Shown: positions 8,850-19,612, counted from the first letter of the stretch. The stretch is DNA of 64,000 nt from a virus (IMGVR_UViG_3300042301_002363:1-64000); one strand, 5' to 3'. The notes: generated by a model not told the origin, from the letters alone. A program made the numbers and translations.

Positions 8850-8866
8850 CACTCCCCTTTTTATTA
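8832..8866. terminator. Bidirectional intrinsic terminator between convergent genes
   Basis: AAAGGGGAG-atttgaca-CTCCCCTTT flanked by A and T tracts. Confidence 0.8.
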
Positions 8867-10960
8867 TTAACATGGATCATATGCCTCTAAACAATCTTGG
8901 CAATTGTTAAGTGTTTCATTTATAGTAAATTCATTTGTAAAGCCACTTGTGCTTAATCCTAATAATGTGTAACAACCAAACTCGCCATTTAAAACATCAT
9001 ACAAAGCATAAATTCCACCAACTCCATTGATAAATTGACCTGTAACATATCCTACTATAATACTGTTATCACAGCAATTTTGCAATTCAACAATTTTTGG
9101 AGCTTGTGTGTATATATTACAAAGTTCACATGATCCTGCGCTCCAGTTTAATCCTAAATCTAATTCAAATATAGGATCACCAAATGCAGGATAACCATAT
9201 CCAATTATTTGATAACACTCTTCTGATTTTTTATCAAAGTAGTATTGTCCAAAATTTATAGGGTCAAATGGAAGTCTGCATATTGCAACAGATGTTATGT
9301 TTGTTACACAATTGATTACTTCAAATAGCATGTAACAAGTTTTTTGACCACCATAGATTTGTTTTACACAATCTTGGCAATCTTGATAAACTGGAACTGA
9401 AGGTTCATCAGGCCAATTCCAAATTGGATAAGTTTCAGTACCAACAGTAGAAACTGACATTACCTCCCAACATAATTTCCATATATCGCTAATAATAGCA
9501 CCTTCACCAAAATTTATAAAATCTGCAGGAATTGAAGTAACCTCAACTCTATCTGGATCACAACATGCGCGTATTGTTAAAAAATACTCTGTTGGACAAG
9601 GATTATCATTTGTACATGGTGTACAAGCTTTTACTCCAATACCAGGAGGTGGATATACTGTAACAACATCAATACCATAATCTGTAGGTAATTCATTTAC
9701 ATTTGCATCGTTAACTGACCAACATCTTCCAAATTGATCTACAAATGAATCGTTAACATTCAAAATAGTTGTTGATGCTATTACTGCACCAATACCAAGA
9801 CAGCAAGAACTGACTTTATAAAAAATAGGACAAGGGTGCAATGCTTGACAAGCTTCACAAGCTCCATTTATAATTGTATCAACTGTAATTGACTCTTCTG
9901 ATATTGGTGCAGATGTGTCACCTACAACATTCCAACATAATCCATGATTGTCAACAAATGTATCACCTACTACTAATCCTGGAAGTGATCCAGTTACAAA
10001 TTCAGCTCCAGGTGCACAACATGATTCAATAACAAGGTTAGCTGGACAACCATTATCATTTTGACATTCAGCACACGAAACGTAAGCATTTACAAAGTTT
10101 CTGCTAAAGTTGGTTACATCTGTGGATTCAGATAAAACCTCCCAACAGTTACCTTCATCATCGCTAAGAAAATCACCAACTGTTAAACCATCAGGTGCAT
10201 AAACTAATTCAGTAATGATTGGTTCACAACAGTTTTTAATAATGTAATTATCAACATTTGCTGCACAAGGTCTTTCAACATCAAGTGTATAAGATAAACT
10301 AATAAGATTTTCAGCAATAGGTTCAACAAGTTCACAAGTATTACCTTCTGGACAAATAGCTGTTGCTCCAGCACCTACAAGAAACCTAGTAGTGTGTAAA
10401 TCATAATTTTTAGGTAATGTTACTTCTGCTGAAAAACAAAGTGAGCTGTCTTTACCAAAAAAGTATGTTTGCAAAGGAATTAATGTAAATGAAGGATATT
10501 TATCATCTATGATTTCTGAACAATCAAATACTGAAACAGCAATAAAAAAGTTTACATTAAATCCTCCATCATTATATTTCTCAAAATTATTATAGTAAGC
10601 TGATCCTGATATTCTTAAAACATCATTTTTAACCAAATTTGCTGGACATGCAATACCTAATGCTTTTTGATTAGGATTTATACCAGGTGTGGCAAAACCA
10701 AATTTGTAATTATGCAATTCAGTTGACCATATTGGCAAAAATGAATCATCATAATTATAAGGAAATCCACCAAATAAAACTGAAAGTTCTGGATTTTGTA
10801 TTGTTCCTACAATTACATTGCAGGAATGAGATGCAATTTTTATAAACTCTGGTTTACAAGAAGTAGATGTAGCTACTAAAGGACTACTTGGAGTTCCATC
10901 TCCAGTAATTGTTGTACCATCAACAGATATTCTTTTTGGTATGGTAATAAATGTACTCAT
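8867..10960 (-). CDS. Cysteine-rich repeat protein, probable virion surface/fibre protein
   Basis: N-terminal VDGTTITGDGTPSSPL fibre-like motif. Six ~70-85 aa repeats of C(C)-x-C[WY]-x-CxxC. Confidence 0.7.
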   Translation of the reverse strand: MSTFITIPKRISVDGTTITGDGTPSSPLVATSTSCKPEFIKIASHSCNVIVGTIQNPELSVLFGGFPYNYDDSFLPIWSTELHNYKFGFATPGINPNQKALGIACPANLVKNDVLRISGSAYYNNFEKYNDGGFNVNFFIAVSVFDCSEIIDDKYPSFTLIPLQTYFFGKDSSLCFSAEVTLPKNYDLHTTRFLVGAGATAICPEGNTCELVEPIAENLISLSYTLDVERPCAANVDNYIIKNCCEPIITELVYAPDGLTVGDFLSDDEGNCWEVLSESTDVTNFSRNFVNAYVSCAECQNDNGCPANLVIESCCAPGAEFVTGSLPGLVVGDTFVDNHGLCWNVVGDTSAPISEESITVDTIINGACEACQALHPCPIFYKVSSCCLGIGAVIASTTILNVNDSFVDQFGRCWSVNDANVNELPTDYGIDVVTVYPPPGIGVKACTPCTNDNPCPTEYFLTIRACCDPDRVEVTSIPADFINFGEGAIISDIWKLCWEVMSVSTVGTETYPIWNWPDEPSVPVYQDCQDCVKQIYGGQKTCYMLFEVINCVTNITSVAICRLPFDPINFGQYYFDKKSEECYQIIGYGYPAFGDPIFELDLGLNWSAGSCELCNIYTQAPKIVELQNCCDNSIIVGYVTGQFINGVGGIYALYDVLNGEFGCYTLLGLSTSGFTNEFTINETLNNCQDCLEAYDPC

Positions 10961-10977
10961 AAATACTTTTTTAGTTA

Positions 10978-12225
10978 TTATCTACTTATTTCTTCCCAGT
11001 CTACTGAAGCATAAGCTCCTAATGTGCCTCCTATAACATCAATAGCCATTTCAATAACTATTTCAAATGCTACTCCTGTAAAAGTATTTCTTTCTAGTTG
11101 AGCTGCAAATAAAGCTTCTTTTAGTATATCCATACTTGGAGAACCTTGATTAGATGAATTTATATATCCTTGTGCTAATACTCTACCTCCTGTAGCAGAT
11201 GCTCCTGTAAGGTTATATTCTACAGATGAATCTGCACTTGCTGGATTCCAAGCTCCACCTGTTATTGTGGCTCCATTCACAACTCTCCATGCATAGTTTT
11301 TACCATTACCTAAACCTAATAAAGATACAGCAGTAAGAATAGCAATAGCATCCAATCTAGTAAATCTTAATCTAATACCTACAATAGGATAAAATGTCCC
11401 TGCTACTGCAAAAGTTCTTGGAGTAGTAATAGGAGTACCAACAGCTTGTTGTGCACCTCTTAATTCATAACCTCCTTCTGATATAACAGTAGAACATACT
11501 TGTTTCAATGTAGCAGGAATACCTGTTGCTCCTCCAGATATCTCATATCGTAATGGTAATGAAGCTGTTGTAATATATGTAGAGGTAATTAAGTTAGCGT
11601 GGTTAAATCTATGACAAAGTATAAAGTTGCCATCAATAACAAATCCTAATCTTACTGTTCCTTCACCCAACCACTCAATATCCATGAAAAGAATTTGAGC
11701 TTTAGTTATATCAAGAGTTACTCCTGAAGGGCCTGTGCCATCTAATGTGTCTACATTCCAAGCAGTTTGAGGTACACTATTTTCAGTTAAGCTACCTGTT
11801 ACTATACTTCTTTCTACAAAACTTAAAACATCATCTCTAAGTTCTATATAAATGCCATTATCTATTCCAAAATATCCTACTCTTTGTCTAAGATCTATTT
11901 GTGCAGGAGCCATTACAAATGTATTAAATACAAGTAGTGACTTACCTGGTTGATAAGAGAATACTTTTGAAGTTTCTCTTATTACTTGAGATCCAGCTGC
12001 ACCAGTTACATTTAAATTTACTAGTCCTTCATTTGGACTAAATACAGCAGTACCACCTATTGTAGCAAGTGTATTCCATAAACCATTGTCCCTATATCTA
12101 TGAGATGAATCAAATAAAGTTAAAGGTTCTGATACTCTCAATCTTCCAAATGCATCAGTCAGCATAGGTTGGTTACTAAGAAGCGAAAAGTTTTTTGGTA
12201 TCGCTGATGTTATAGATGTTCCCAT
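10978..12225 (-). CDS. Conserved phage protein, probable virion structural protein (beta-sandwich)
   Basis: DAFGRLRVSEPLTLFD, YQPGK, EWLGEGTVRLGF, LPLRYEI and terminal WEE form a pattern I recall from aquatic phage proteins. Confidence 0.6.
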   Translation of the reverse strand: MGTSITSAIPKNFSLLSNQPMLTDAFGRLRVSEPLTLFDSSHRYRDNGLWNTLATIGGTAVFSPNEGLVNLNVTGAAGSQVIRETSKVFSYQPGKSLLVFNTFVMAPAQIDLRQRVGYFGIDNGIYIELRDDVLSFVERSIVTGSLTENSVPQTAWNVDTLDGTGPSGVTLDITKAQILFMDIEWLGEGTVRLGFVIDGNFILCHRFNHANLITSTYITTASLPLRYEISGGATGIPATLKQVCSTVISEGGYELRGAQQAVGTPITTPRTFAVAGTFYPIVGIRLRFTRLDAIAILTAVSLLGLGNGKNYAWRVVNGATITGGAWNPASADSSVEYNLTGASATGGRVLAQGYINSSNQGSPSMDILKEALFAAQLERNTFTGVAFEIVIEMAIDVIGGTLGAYASVDWEEISR

Positions 12226-12230
12226 AACTA

Positions 12231-12848
12231 TTATACTCGATTATATGTGATCAATAATTGCGCACCTAAATTTGTTGTATCCCAATAAAATCTATTGTCC
12301 TCATAATACCAAGCATTTATTCCTGCATCCATATTAACAGTTGTACCAGGAGATAGTGTTGTATATGTAACACCTTGATCAAATGATACAGATGCATCTG
12401 CAGTACCAATAGACGCAAATGATATAGAATAAATAGGAAAATCAAAGACACCAGAATCACCACTTTTTGTAGTAATAACTGGTTGAACTTTACTTTGAAA
12501 TTGCTCTTTACATATTACTGTGGTAGCAGCTGAAGAACAATCAGTAGAAATTGATGGTGCTAAAACAGTTGTTGTATGCAAATCACCAGTGTTTAACTGA
12601 TACCATGTTTCCCAATCTGCTTGACTAAAAGGATCACCATCTTCATTATAAATTTGAGTATAGCTGACACTATAAAAAGCACCAGGAGTAACTTCTGGTC
12701 TTAAAAATACAATATCATAAATGCCACTTTCTGGTCCAGTTTCTTTAACAAAAACCCTAAAACTGTGTTCTTGATATAAAACGTTTTTGTCCATATCATA
12801 TATGTACACATAGTTTTCTTTTCTATAAATTTTTATGTCTGAAATCAT
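12231..12848 (-). CDS. Hypothetical protein
   Basis: 205-aa ORF leading a three-gene block, downstream of motif copy B. Confidence 0.65.
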   Translation of the reverse strand: MISDIKIYRKENYVYIYDMDKNVLYQEHSFRVFVKETGPESGIYDIVFLRPEVTPGAFYSVSYTQIYNEDGDPFSQADWETWYQLNTGDLHTTTVLAPSISTDCSSAATTVICKEQFQSKVQPVITTKSGDSGVFDFPIYSISFASIGTADASVSFDQGVTYTTLSPGTTVNMDAGINAWYYEDNRFYWDTTNLGAQLLITYNRV

Positions 12849-12883
12849 CTTGTTTTTGTTTTATAATTTAAGTAACAAATACA

Positions 12884-12919
12884 CCTCAATTTAATATACC
12901 AAATAATATTGAAATTAAC
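12884..12919 (-). promoter_or_regulatory. Conserved phage promoter-like motif, copy B
   Basis: Minus strand GTTAATTTCA-N11-TATATT-N4-TGAGG. Confidence 0.6.
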
Positions 12920-12931
12920 TAGAACATTTAA

Positions 12932-15900
12932 TTACTGATTACGTTTTAACACATCAATTCTGTAATTAGGATCAAGTATATCTCTAAAGTTTTTAATACC
13001 TGTAAGGTCAACAATGTCTTTTACAATTTTTGCATCACCCTTTTCATATGCTCCTGATTTTCTAGAATAGAATGCATCTTTCCAAATAGATTGATACAAT
13101 TCACTATCATAATCTGGATCTGCTTCTTCACCACCATTCATTGTCATGGCCATTCCATATTTGATACCATGATTTAGCATTCTAATGGTTGCAGAAAATT
13201 CACGCACAAATGGTATTGCTGTTGTAAAGTTCTTAACGTATTCCTGAGAACCTTGTCCAACAGGGAACATGGATACAGTTTCACCTTTTGTACCCCAGAT
13301 CACTCTAATTGCATTACCTTCAAGCATGCTTAGTTCCTCATCATCGTCATCTCTACGTTTAACAAATGATAATAACATCATACTGATGACAGTTAATAGT
13401 GCCATTGCAATTGCGTCACGCCTTGCATGATGTACACGTTTTGCATAGAAATCACCAACATCTTCTGTTCTTACAACCTTACCTGTTTTAGGATCCTTGA
13501 TTACATAAGTTTTTAAACCACCAGACATTCCCATTTTGGAAAGAGTATTTGAACCTACCAAAAATTCTTTCATTGTATTTCCTACGCCAAACAACTTCAT
13601 TGATCTTGCAAATGCTCTCCAGTAACCTAATGCCATTTCTGAACCTTCCCAGTTAGGACGCAAATATCCAAATCTGTTTAGAAATTGTGGAACCAAGAAT
13701 TTTCTAAAGAAGAACACCATCTTACCAAGTATTCTACTTTCAAATTCTGTTTGGTCATTCCCTGCATAGTTACCTTGTGCTCTACGCATTTCTGAATAAA
13801 CAATATTCCTTATACGTTTTTCATCTTCTTTTGTATAGTTTACATCTTTTCTAATTACAAGATTACCATTGGCATCTTTGTAATATGCTTGATGAGAGGG
13901 TATCATAATAATATTCCCACTAGCATCTCGCTTAAAAGTTTTTTCACCAGTAACAGGATCAATAGATTCTATTTCTTCAAATCTGTAGTTATCCATAATT
14001 GCATACATTACTGTAACTGCAATTTCTGTATCACCTTTATCTTGAAGCATGTATCCTAACTCACCAACAGACGATAACTTTTCAGCCATTCTTCTTTTTC
14101 TTGATCCAGATGAGTTTTGAAAATACTTAATGATATCTTTTTGTGCAGGATTCATCATCCTGTAAAGCATTGTGCTTTCACTCAAGTCAGAAAGTCTACC
14201 CCAGTCTTTTAAATAATTTGCTAGAAAACCATTATACCCATACACTTTACCTTTTGCATAAAGCCAATTCTTTTTGCTATAATGATCACTGTCATTACCA
14301 CCAGCTGCAAGAAATGCTTGAACATTACCTGAAGTATAGTTTTTTGTTTGATTGACAATATCAAATCCAATTCTGATAAAACTTGTATACTTGAAGAAAG
14401 AATCTACCATCTTCTTCATCTTTCTACTTGCCTCTTGAGTACTTTCAGTAATACCATATAGATATTTACCATTCTCAAACTCAATGATCTTTAAGAGGTT
14501 ATCTATCTCACCAAGTTTTGTCTCAATATCAATTTTAGTTTTTTCTCCAGTCTGTGGATCTGTCACATAGATTTCACCTTTCAAACGATCTTTTGCTAAC
14601 TCATTACGTTGAAGTCTGAGAAATTCAATAAAACCTTTTGATACAGGGGCTACTTCTTGCATTGCAATATTCATGTGTGCTTCAGTAGTCCACTTCATAA
14701 ATGAACCAACAGCGTCAGTAGATTGTATTTCCTCATCAAGTTGATTAGAAAAACGCATGCGTATACGTGCACCAATATCACCATAGATATTTTCTGACAT
14801 ATCTTGTTGACCTTCAGCTTTCAAGTGTTTATCTACAAATGCATTATACTGCTTTGCAAAACCTCTACCAAATCCTTCATTTGCTATACTTTCAACAAGA
14901 CTAGCAGCAAAACCAGGAACAGTGTAACCAATTGTTCTACCTTCAATACGCTTTTGCATACCAAAGAAAATATCCATCATTGTATTGTAAAACTCAAACA
15001 TCTGAGGATTTTTTAACAAGTCAAGATACTTAGCATTTATGTTGTTTGTTGGAGCCTTGGTAGGATCAATAACAAAATGACCTTCGTCTGATACAATAAT
15101 TTCCTTTGGAAGAGGAATGCCATCATTACCCTTGATAAATCCAGGATTATATGCGCCTCTTTCAATTGTAAGTCTACCTGAGATATTTAATTCTGTAACT
15201 TCTTCAGGTGTTTCTTGTAGTGCTTCAATTTCTGAATTGCTAAGTTTTCTACCATCCAACGTCCAATTACCAATACGTAAGCGTTTAAGTTTGTAGTATT
15301 TAGGATTAGGAACAGTCTCCATGTATTTATCAGCAACAGTAGAAGATGGAAGTCTTTCAAAGTTAAATGACTTAGGAACCTTGTTTGCTTTTGTGTCGTA
15401 TCCAGTTGCAATACTTTGATATTTGTTGTAATGCGTTTTCTCATACCAGTTTCTGAAAGAATTTTCAACTTCACCAAATCTGCGTACAGAAAATATTACA
15501 TTATTCTCAGCCTCTTCTATTTCATCTGCAATACCTTTTGTTCTTGCAACAGCCAAATTAGATTGAGCATTATTCATCTCATTGAATGCAGTTTGTAATA
15601 ATCTATACTGTGTATCAAACTCTTCAATGTAATTAGGGTTCAACTGAAATGAAACAAGCTTTCTGATCTCTGCAGATATTTCTGCTACTTTTTTACGATC
15701 CTCTTTATCAAGTGTGCTCTTTTCTGTTTTCTTACCTTCAATAATGTCTTCAATCTCAGCCTCAATTCCATCTAATTCTGAAATCTCTTCATCAGTAAGA
15801 TACTTTGGATTAAAACGTCCTGCATTTTTATAAGGACCCATAATCTTTTTCTTCCTGTCAATAAGTTCTTTTATTGTTGGATCGCTTTGTACAATTTCTG

Positions 15901-18900
15901 ATCGCTGCTCATAAAGCTCATTCAGCTGATCATACCACTCAGCAGTTGGTCTAGTTACTGTATTGTCCTTATACCACTTGTCTAATTTCTCTGGACTATC
16001 TGAAAAACGCACGCGTGCATTCTTTTCCATTACCCTAAAGTAATTGTCATTAGTATCAAACTCATACAAACTATCTAACTCATCAAGATACGCAGCATAC
16101 TCAGGACTTCTTTCTGCAGCCTCCATTCTTAACTTTTTGGCTTCTGCATCAAGTTCTTTTAACCTGTCAAAGTCAGACTCTTCAAGTAATACTTCATTGC
16201 CTCTTCCTACACTGTATAGAATAACCTCTTGCTCAAGATATATTTCTTGCAACTTATCGCGAATGTCTTCTGGTAATTTTAACTGAAGATTATAAAATGA
16301 ATCAACGTATGGTAGATTAGAATTTTCTAACATCCACGCAATCATTGAACGTTTATGTTCATCTCTTTCTGATTGTTTTGCTAATAGCGCATCTTTTGCT
16401 TCTTGTTCAGCTTGTGCATCAATGCCAAATTTTTCTTGGTAAAGCGCATACGCCTCATAGTATTCTCTGTTGAGTATTCTAAGATTTTGCTGAAACCCTC
16501 TATATGCATTTTCATATTCTTCGCTGTAAGGTTTTACATACACAAGTCTACGTTGCTGCTTTACTTCTTTTGTTTTAGGGTCTTCATAAGATACAGTAAT
16601 CCACTCAGACGTAAGTTTGTTTATATCCTCTAATGAAAATCCTTGATCTTGAAGTGCACGAAGCATTCTGTCAAACTTTTGCAATTGTGGATCTGATAAG
16701 GTATTATACTCAGCTTGAGCTTTATGTTCCTTAAGCAATGTAGTAAAAGCAGAGACTGCTAAATCAGAGTTAGACGCTGAAGCAATTGCAGAATCCATCA
16801 TCCATCCTCCAAGTATTGTGTCAGAACCTTCATAAGGGTTTTGCATTCCAGGATAGAATGGTGATGTGTGGTCAGTAATACCATTGATATACTTTTCCAT
16901 TGCCTCCTCACTATATTCAAATCCATTAAGCAACATTTCAATTTGCATAATGCGTTTTTCAACTCTTTGAATTTCAGCAAGAACTATATCCCCATTAGGA
17001 CCCATCGCTTCTTTTACCTTTTCCTTGAAGTTCTTATTCATCAAAGAAAAGATAGAATACTTCATTTTTTTATAGATACCTAACTTTGGATTATTTTTAA
17101 GCATCTCAAGTTTATTCTTAAGATTTTCTAACTCAGGTATAAGAGCTTGGCGTTTTTGTTCATTTACACCAGAGAATACTTTTTCTCCAGGTGACATAAG
17201 AACTTTAACAGCATTCATCGTACCTATACGCTTAAAGTCTGACTGTATAGATTCTACAAATATAGATAGTTGTGTTAACCTTTGTCTCACAGGACTTGTT
17301 ACTGATAACTCACTACCTTCAATAGATGCTGCCTCGTTTACAACCTCATTCATAAAGTCAATGATTGTTGCTAAACTTGCACTTTTATTAAATGCAATAC
17401 GCACTGATTCAAAGTTTTTACTTTGCTCTTTAGCATCAGTTGTGCCAAGATATAGTTGAGTAGCTATTTTTGAAATTTGACTTAATGTATCTAAATCATT
17501 TTCCATCACATTCAACGCATTAAAGAAATTTGTTGAGTTTAATAGTACTGATGGAGATGTTGTTTTTAACTTTTCAGCAATCTGCTTTAAGTTATTCAAT
17601 GTATCTCTACGTGTTTTTAATAGCTTTTCTAATTCTTTATCACGTAATGGTTTGTTCTGAGCATCTTGGATTTCTTGATATGCTTTATCAATCTGACCAT
17701 TAATAACACTTTCAAGTATAGTTACAAAATCCTGCATGTTCTTATCAGTAGGATTTATGTCAAATAATTCTTCAGGTCTTTTGTTTCTGATTTCCTCTTC
17801 AGTGTATTCACCTGTTGGAACCTCAATTGCTACAGCTTTTTTAAAGTCTAAGACAACTTTGTTTACTGTATCAAGATCATTAAACCATACACCATCAGTA
17901 GTTAAATTAACACTACGTGCTTGATCGTAATAATCTTGCTCTTCAAATACATGAAGAACACTTCCTTTATAAGATTTATTGTCATCATCAATCTGATACA
18001 TCAATGCTGATATGATTTTATTAGCAACAGGTATATCACTTTGTAATAGAATATTTTCATATACATCCAGTTGGAGCATCCAGGTATCATACGTTGTACG
18101 TACAGGAAGTTCTCTGAACTTTTCTGCTGTACCTGGTTTGTTTCCAATTGGAAATTCTTTCAGTGCCAATCCATACAAAGCTCTGTCAACATTTACTTCT
18201 TGAGCACCTGTTATTGCATTTCTTTCAACAAGGTATTTTACCTTCTTTGTTTTAAAGTCATAGATGTGTACTTTACCAACAGCATCAATCATTAAAATAT
18301 CTAAACGCCCAATAACCTTGCTACCTGTTCTAGATGTACCAACAATAGTTACCTCTGGAAGAATGATATATCCACTTGCATTTTTAGAATTGACATGTGA
18401 CACCAAGCCCATTGCCATTTCATACATTTCTTCTTTAGAAAGTTTGTCAATGTCAAATGGATTTTTCTTTGTGTAATTCTCATACACTTTGTCAAAAAAC
18501 TCTTGACTATAAACCTGAGCTATGGTTTTGTTTTTAGCAATCGCCTCTTCTTGTGCAAGTTCTAAAAGCTCATGCATGAATGTACCAAACAATTTAAAAG
18601 CTTCATATTCTTTTGGATCACCTTTGAACTCTGAAGAACCAATAAACTTAGATACACTTAATGTTTGCTCTACAGCAGTACCATTTTTAGCTGCCTCTAT
18701 ATTGCTTTTTAGAAACTCTTGATATGCATCGTTCATGTCAATAAGCTTTTGCATTGTAGCTTTTTGATTTTTGTTTGCACGAAACTTCATTGTCTCTAGA
18801 ACCTGGCGTTGTTGTACAGCCCTTGACAATTTAAACTGATCAGATGCAAGAGAAAGTTGTTCATCCTTATCCTGAATTCTTAAATCTTTTAATATTTGTT

Positions 18901-19027
18901 TTGCCTTTTCAATTGATGGCACTTCATTACCATTACGCACAAATGCAGTCATTGCATCTGCTTCACTACTTAAGGCTATTACCAAGTCTTTCCAGGCTTG
19001 GTCATTTGGATTTGGACATGCACTCAT
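12932..19027 (-). CDS. Giant virion cargo/ejection protein with N-terminal PD-(D/E)XK nuclease domain
   Basis: GTFMHELLE...E...GRLD...IYDFKT...QLDVY is a RecB-like motif set. Helical body and a hydrophobic segment near the C-terminus. Lies in the crAss-like RNAP gene block. Single Cys at position 4. Confidence 0.7.
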   Translation of the reverse strand: MSACPNPNDQAWKDLVIALSSEADAMTAFVRNGNEVPSIEKAKQILKDLRIQDKDEQLSLASDQFKLSRAVQQRQVLETMKFRANKNQKATMQKLIDMNDAYQEFLKSNIEAAKNGTAVEQTLSVSKFIGSSEFKGDPKEYEAFKLFGTFMHELLELAQEEAIAKNKTIAQVYSQEFFDKVYENYTKKNPFDIDKLSKEEMYEMAMGLVSHVNSKNASGYIILPEVTIVGTSRTGSKVIGRLDILMIDAVGKVHIYDFKTKKVKYLVERNAITGAQEVNVDRALYGLALKEFPIGNKPGTAEKFRELPVRTTYDTWMLQLDVYENILLQSDIPVANKIISALMYQIDDDNKSYKGSVLHVFEEQDYYDQARSVNLTTDGVWFNDLDTVNKVVLDFKKAVAIEVPTGEYTEEEIRNKRPEELFDINPTDKNMQDFVTILESVINGQIDKAYQEIQDAQNKPLRDKELEKLLKTRRDTLNNLKQIAEKLKTTSPSVLLNSTNFFNALNVMENDLDTLSQISKIATQLYLGTTDAKEQSKNFESVRIAFNKSASLATIIDFMNEVVNEAASIEGSELSVTSPVRQRLTQLSIFVESIQSDFKRIGTMNAVKVLMSPGEKVFSGVNEQKRQALIPELENLKNKLEMLKNNPKLGIYKKMKYSIFSLMNKNFKEKVKEAMGPNGDIVLAEIQRVEKRIMQIEMLLNGFEYSEEAMEKYINGITDHTSPFYPGMQNPYEGSDTILGGWMMDSAIASASNSDLAVSAFTTLLKEHKAQAEYNTLSDPQLQKFDRMLRALQDQGFSLEDINKLTSEWITVSYEDPKTKEVKQQRRLVYVKPYSEEYENAYRGFQQNLRILNREYYEAYALYQEKFGIDAQAEQEAKDALLAKQSERDEHKRSMIAWMLENSNLPYVDSFYNLQLKLPEDIRDKLQEIYLEQEVILYSVGRGNEVLLEESDFDRLKELDAEAKKLRMEAAERSPEYAAYLDELDSLYEFDTNDNYFRVMEKNARVRFSDSPEKLDKWYKDNTVTRPTAEWYDQLNELYEQRSEIVQSDPTIKELIDRKKKIMGPYKNAGRFNPKYLTDEEISELDGIEAEIEDIIEGKKTEKSTLDKEDRKKVAEISAEIRKLVSFQLNPNYIEEFDTQYRLLQTAFNEMNNAQSNLAVARTKGIADEIEEAENNVIFSVRRFGEVENSFRNWYEKTHYNKYQSIATGYDTKANKVPKSFNFERLPSSTVADKYMETVPNPKYYKLKRLRIGNWTLDGRKLSNSEIEALQETPEEVTELNISGRLTIERGAYNPGFIKGNDGIPLPKEIIVSDEGHFVIDPTKAPTNNINAKYLDLLKNPQMFEFYNTMMDIFFGMQKRIEGRTIGYTVPGFAASLVESIANEGFGRGFAKQYNAFVDKHLKAEGQQDMSENIYGDIGARIRMRFSNQLDEEIQSTDAVGSFMKWTTEAHMNIAMQEVAPVSKGFIEFLRLQRNELAKDRLKGEIYVTDPQTGEKTKIDIETKLGEIDNLLKIIEFENGKYLYGITESTQEASRKMKKMVDSFFKYTSFIRIGFDIVNQTKNYTSGNVQAFLAAGGNDSDHYSKKNWLYAKGKVYGYNGFLANYLKDWGRLSDLSESTMLYRMMNPAQKDIIKYFQNSSGSRKRRMAEKLSSVGELGYMLQDKGDTEIAVTVMYAIMDNYRFEEIESIDPVTGEKTFKRDASGNIIMIPSHQAYYKDANGNLVIRKDVNYTKEDEKRIRNIVYSEMRRAQGNYAGNDQTEFESRILGKMVFFFRKFLVPQFLNRFGYLRPNWEGSEMALGYWRAFARSMKLFGVGNTMKEFLVGSNTLSKMGMSGGLKTYVIKDPKTGKVVRTEDVGDFYAKRVHHARRDAIAMALLTVISMMLLSFVKRRDDDDEELSMLEGNAIRVIWGTKGETVSMFPVGQGSQEYVKNFTTAIPFVREFSATIRMLNHGIKYGMAMTMNGGEEADPDYDSELYQSIWKDAFYSRKSGAYEKGDAKIVKDIVDLTGIKNFRDILDPNYRIDVLKRNQ

Positions 19028-19028
19028 T

Positions 19029-19610
19029 TTATAAACACTTTATTTTATCAAGTATATCGTCATTATTGTAGTTAAGACCTCGCATATTTGCGACAAGATC
19101 TCTAGCAGCTTTTACAAATTGATCTAGTCTCATTCTCTGACTGCTCTCACTATAAAGATACTCAATTACTGCAGGAGAAAGATCAAGATTGGCCATTTCT
19201 TCATACATATTATAAAGAGGATTGTCAGACTCTGGATTATCAAACAAGTACTCATCAGAGTATTCTATCCCAGCTCTTTTTGCATCTTCTTCTTGAATTG
19301 CTCTTGCTTCTATTTCATTAAATGCTTTCAAATACTCGTTATAGTATATGGTAACTAAATCCTGACTTGGATTAAATACAACCTCTTGACCATTAGACAT
19401 CTCTCTACGATACGCGACATTGCCTTCAAAAAGTTTATTGTTCTTATTTACAATGCTTTCAGCAACTCTATACGCTTGAGCTTTGCCACTTGGAAAAGCA
19501 GCGTTACTAATAAATAATGTATCAAAAGAGGTTTGCTGAATGTTCTTTGTTACATTAGGAGCAATTGCTTTTTTGATAATTGATTTTTTTATATCAGTTC
19601 TACATTTCAT
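19029..19610 (-). CDS. Small protein between the giant cargo genes (candidate linker)
   Basis: 193 aa, separated from its neighbours by 2 nt and 1 nt. Cys only at positions 3 and 192. Confidence 0.7.
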   Translation of the reverse strand: MKCRTDIKKSIIKKAIAPNVTKNIQQTSFDTLFISNAAFPSGKAQAYRVAESIVNKNNKLFEGNVAYRREMSNGQEVVFNPSQDLVTIYYNEYLKAFNEIEARAIQEEDAKRAGIEYSDEYLFDNPESDNPLYNMYEEMANLDLSPAVIEYLYSESSQRMRLDQFVKAARDLVANMRGLNYNNDDILDKIKCL

Positions 19611-19612
19611 AG

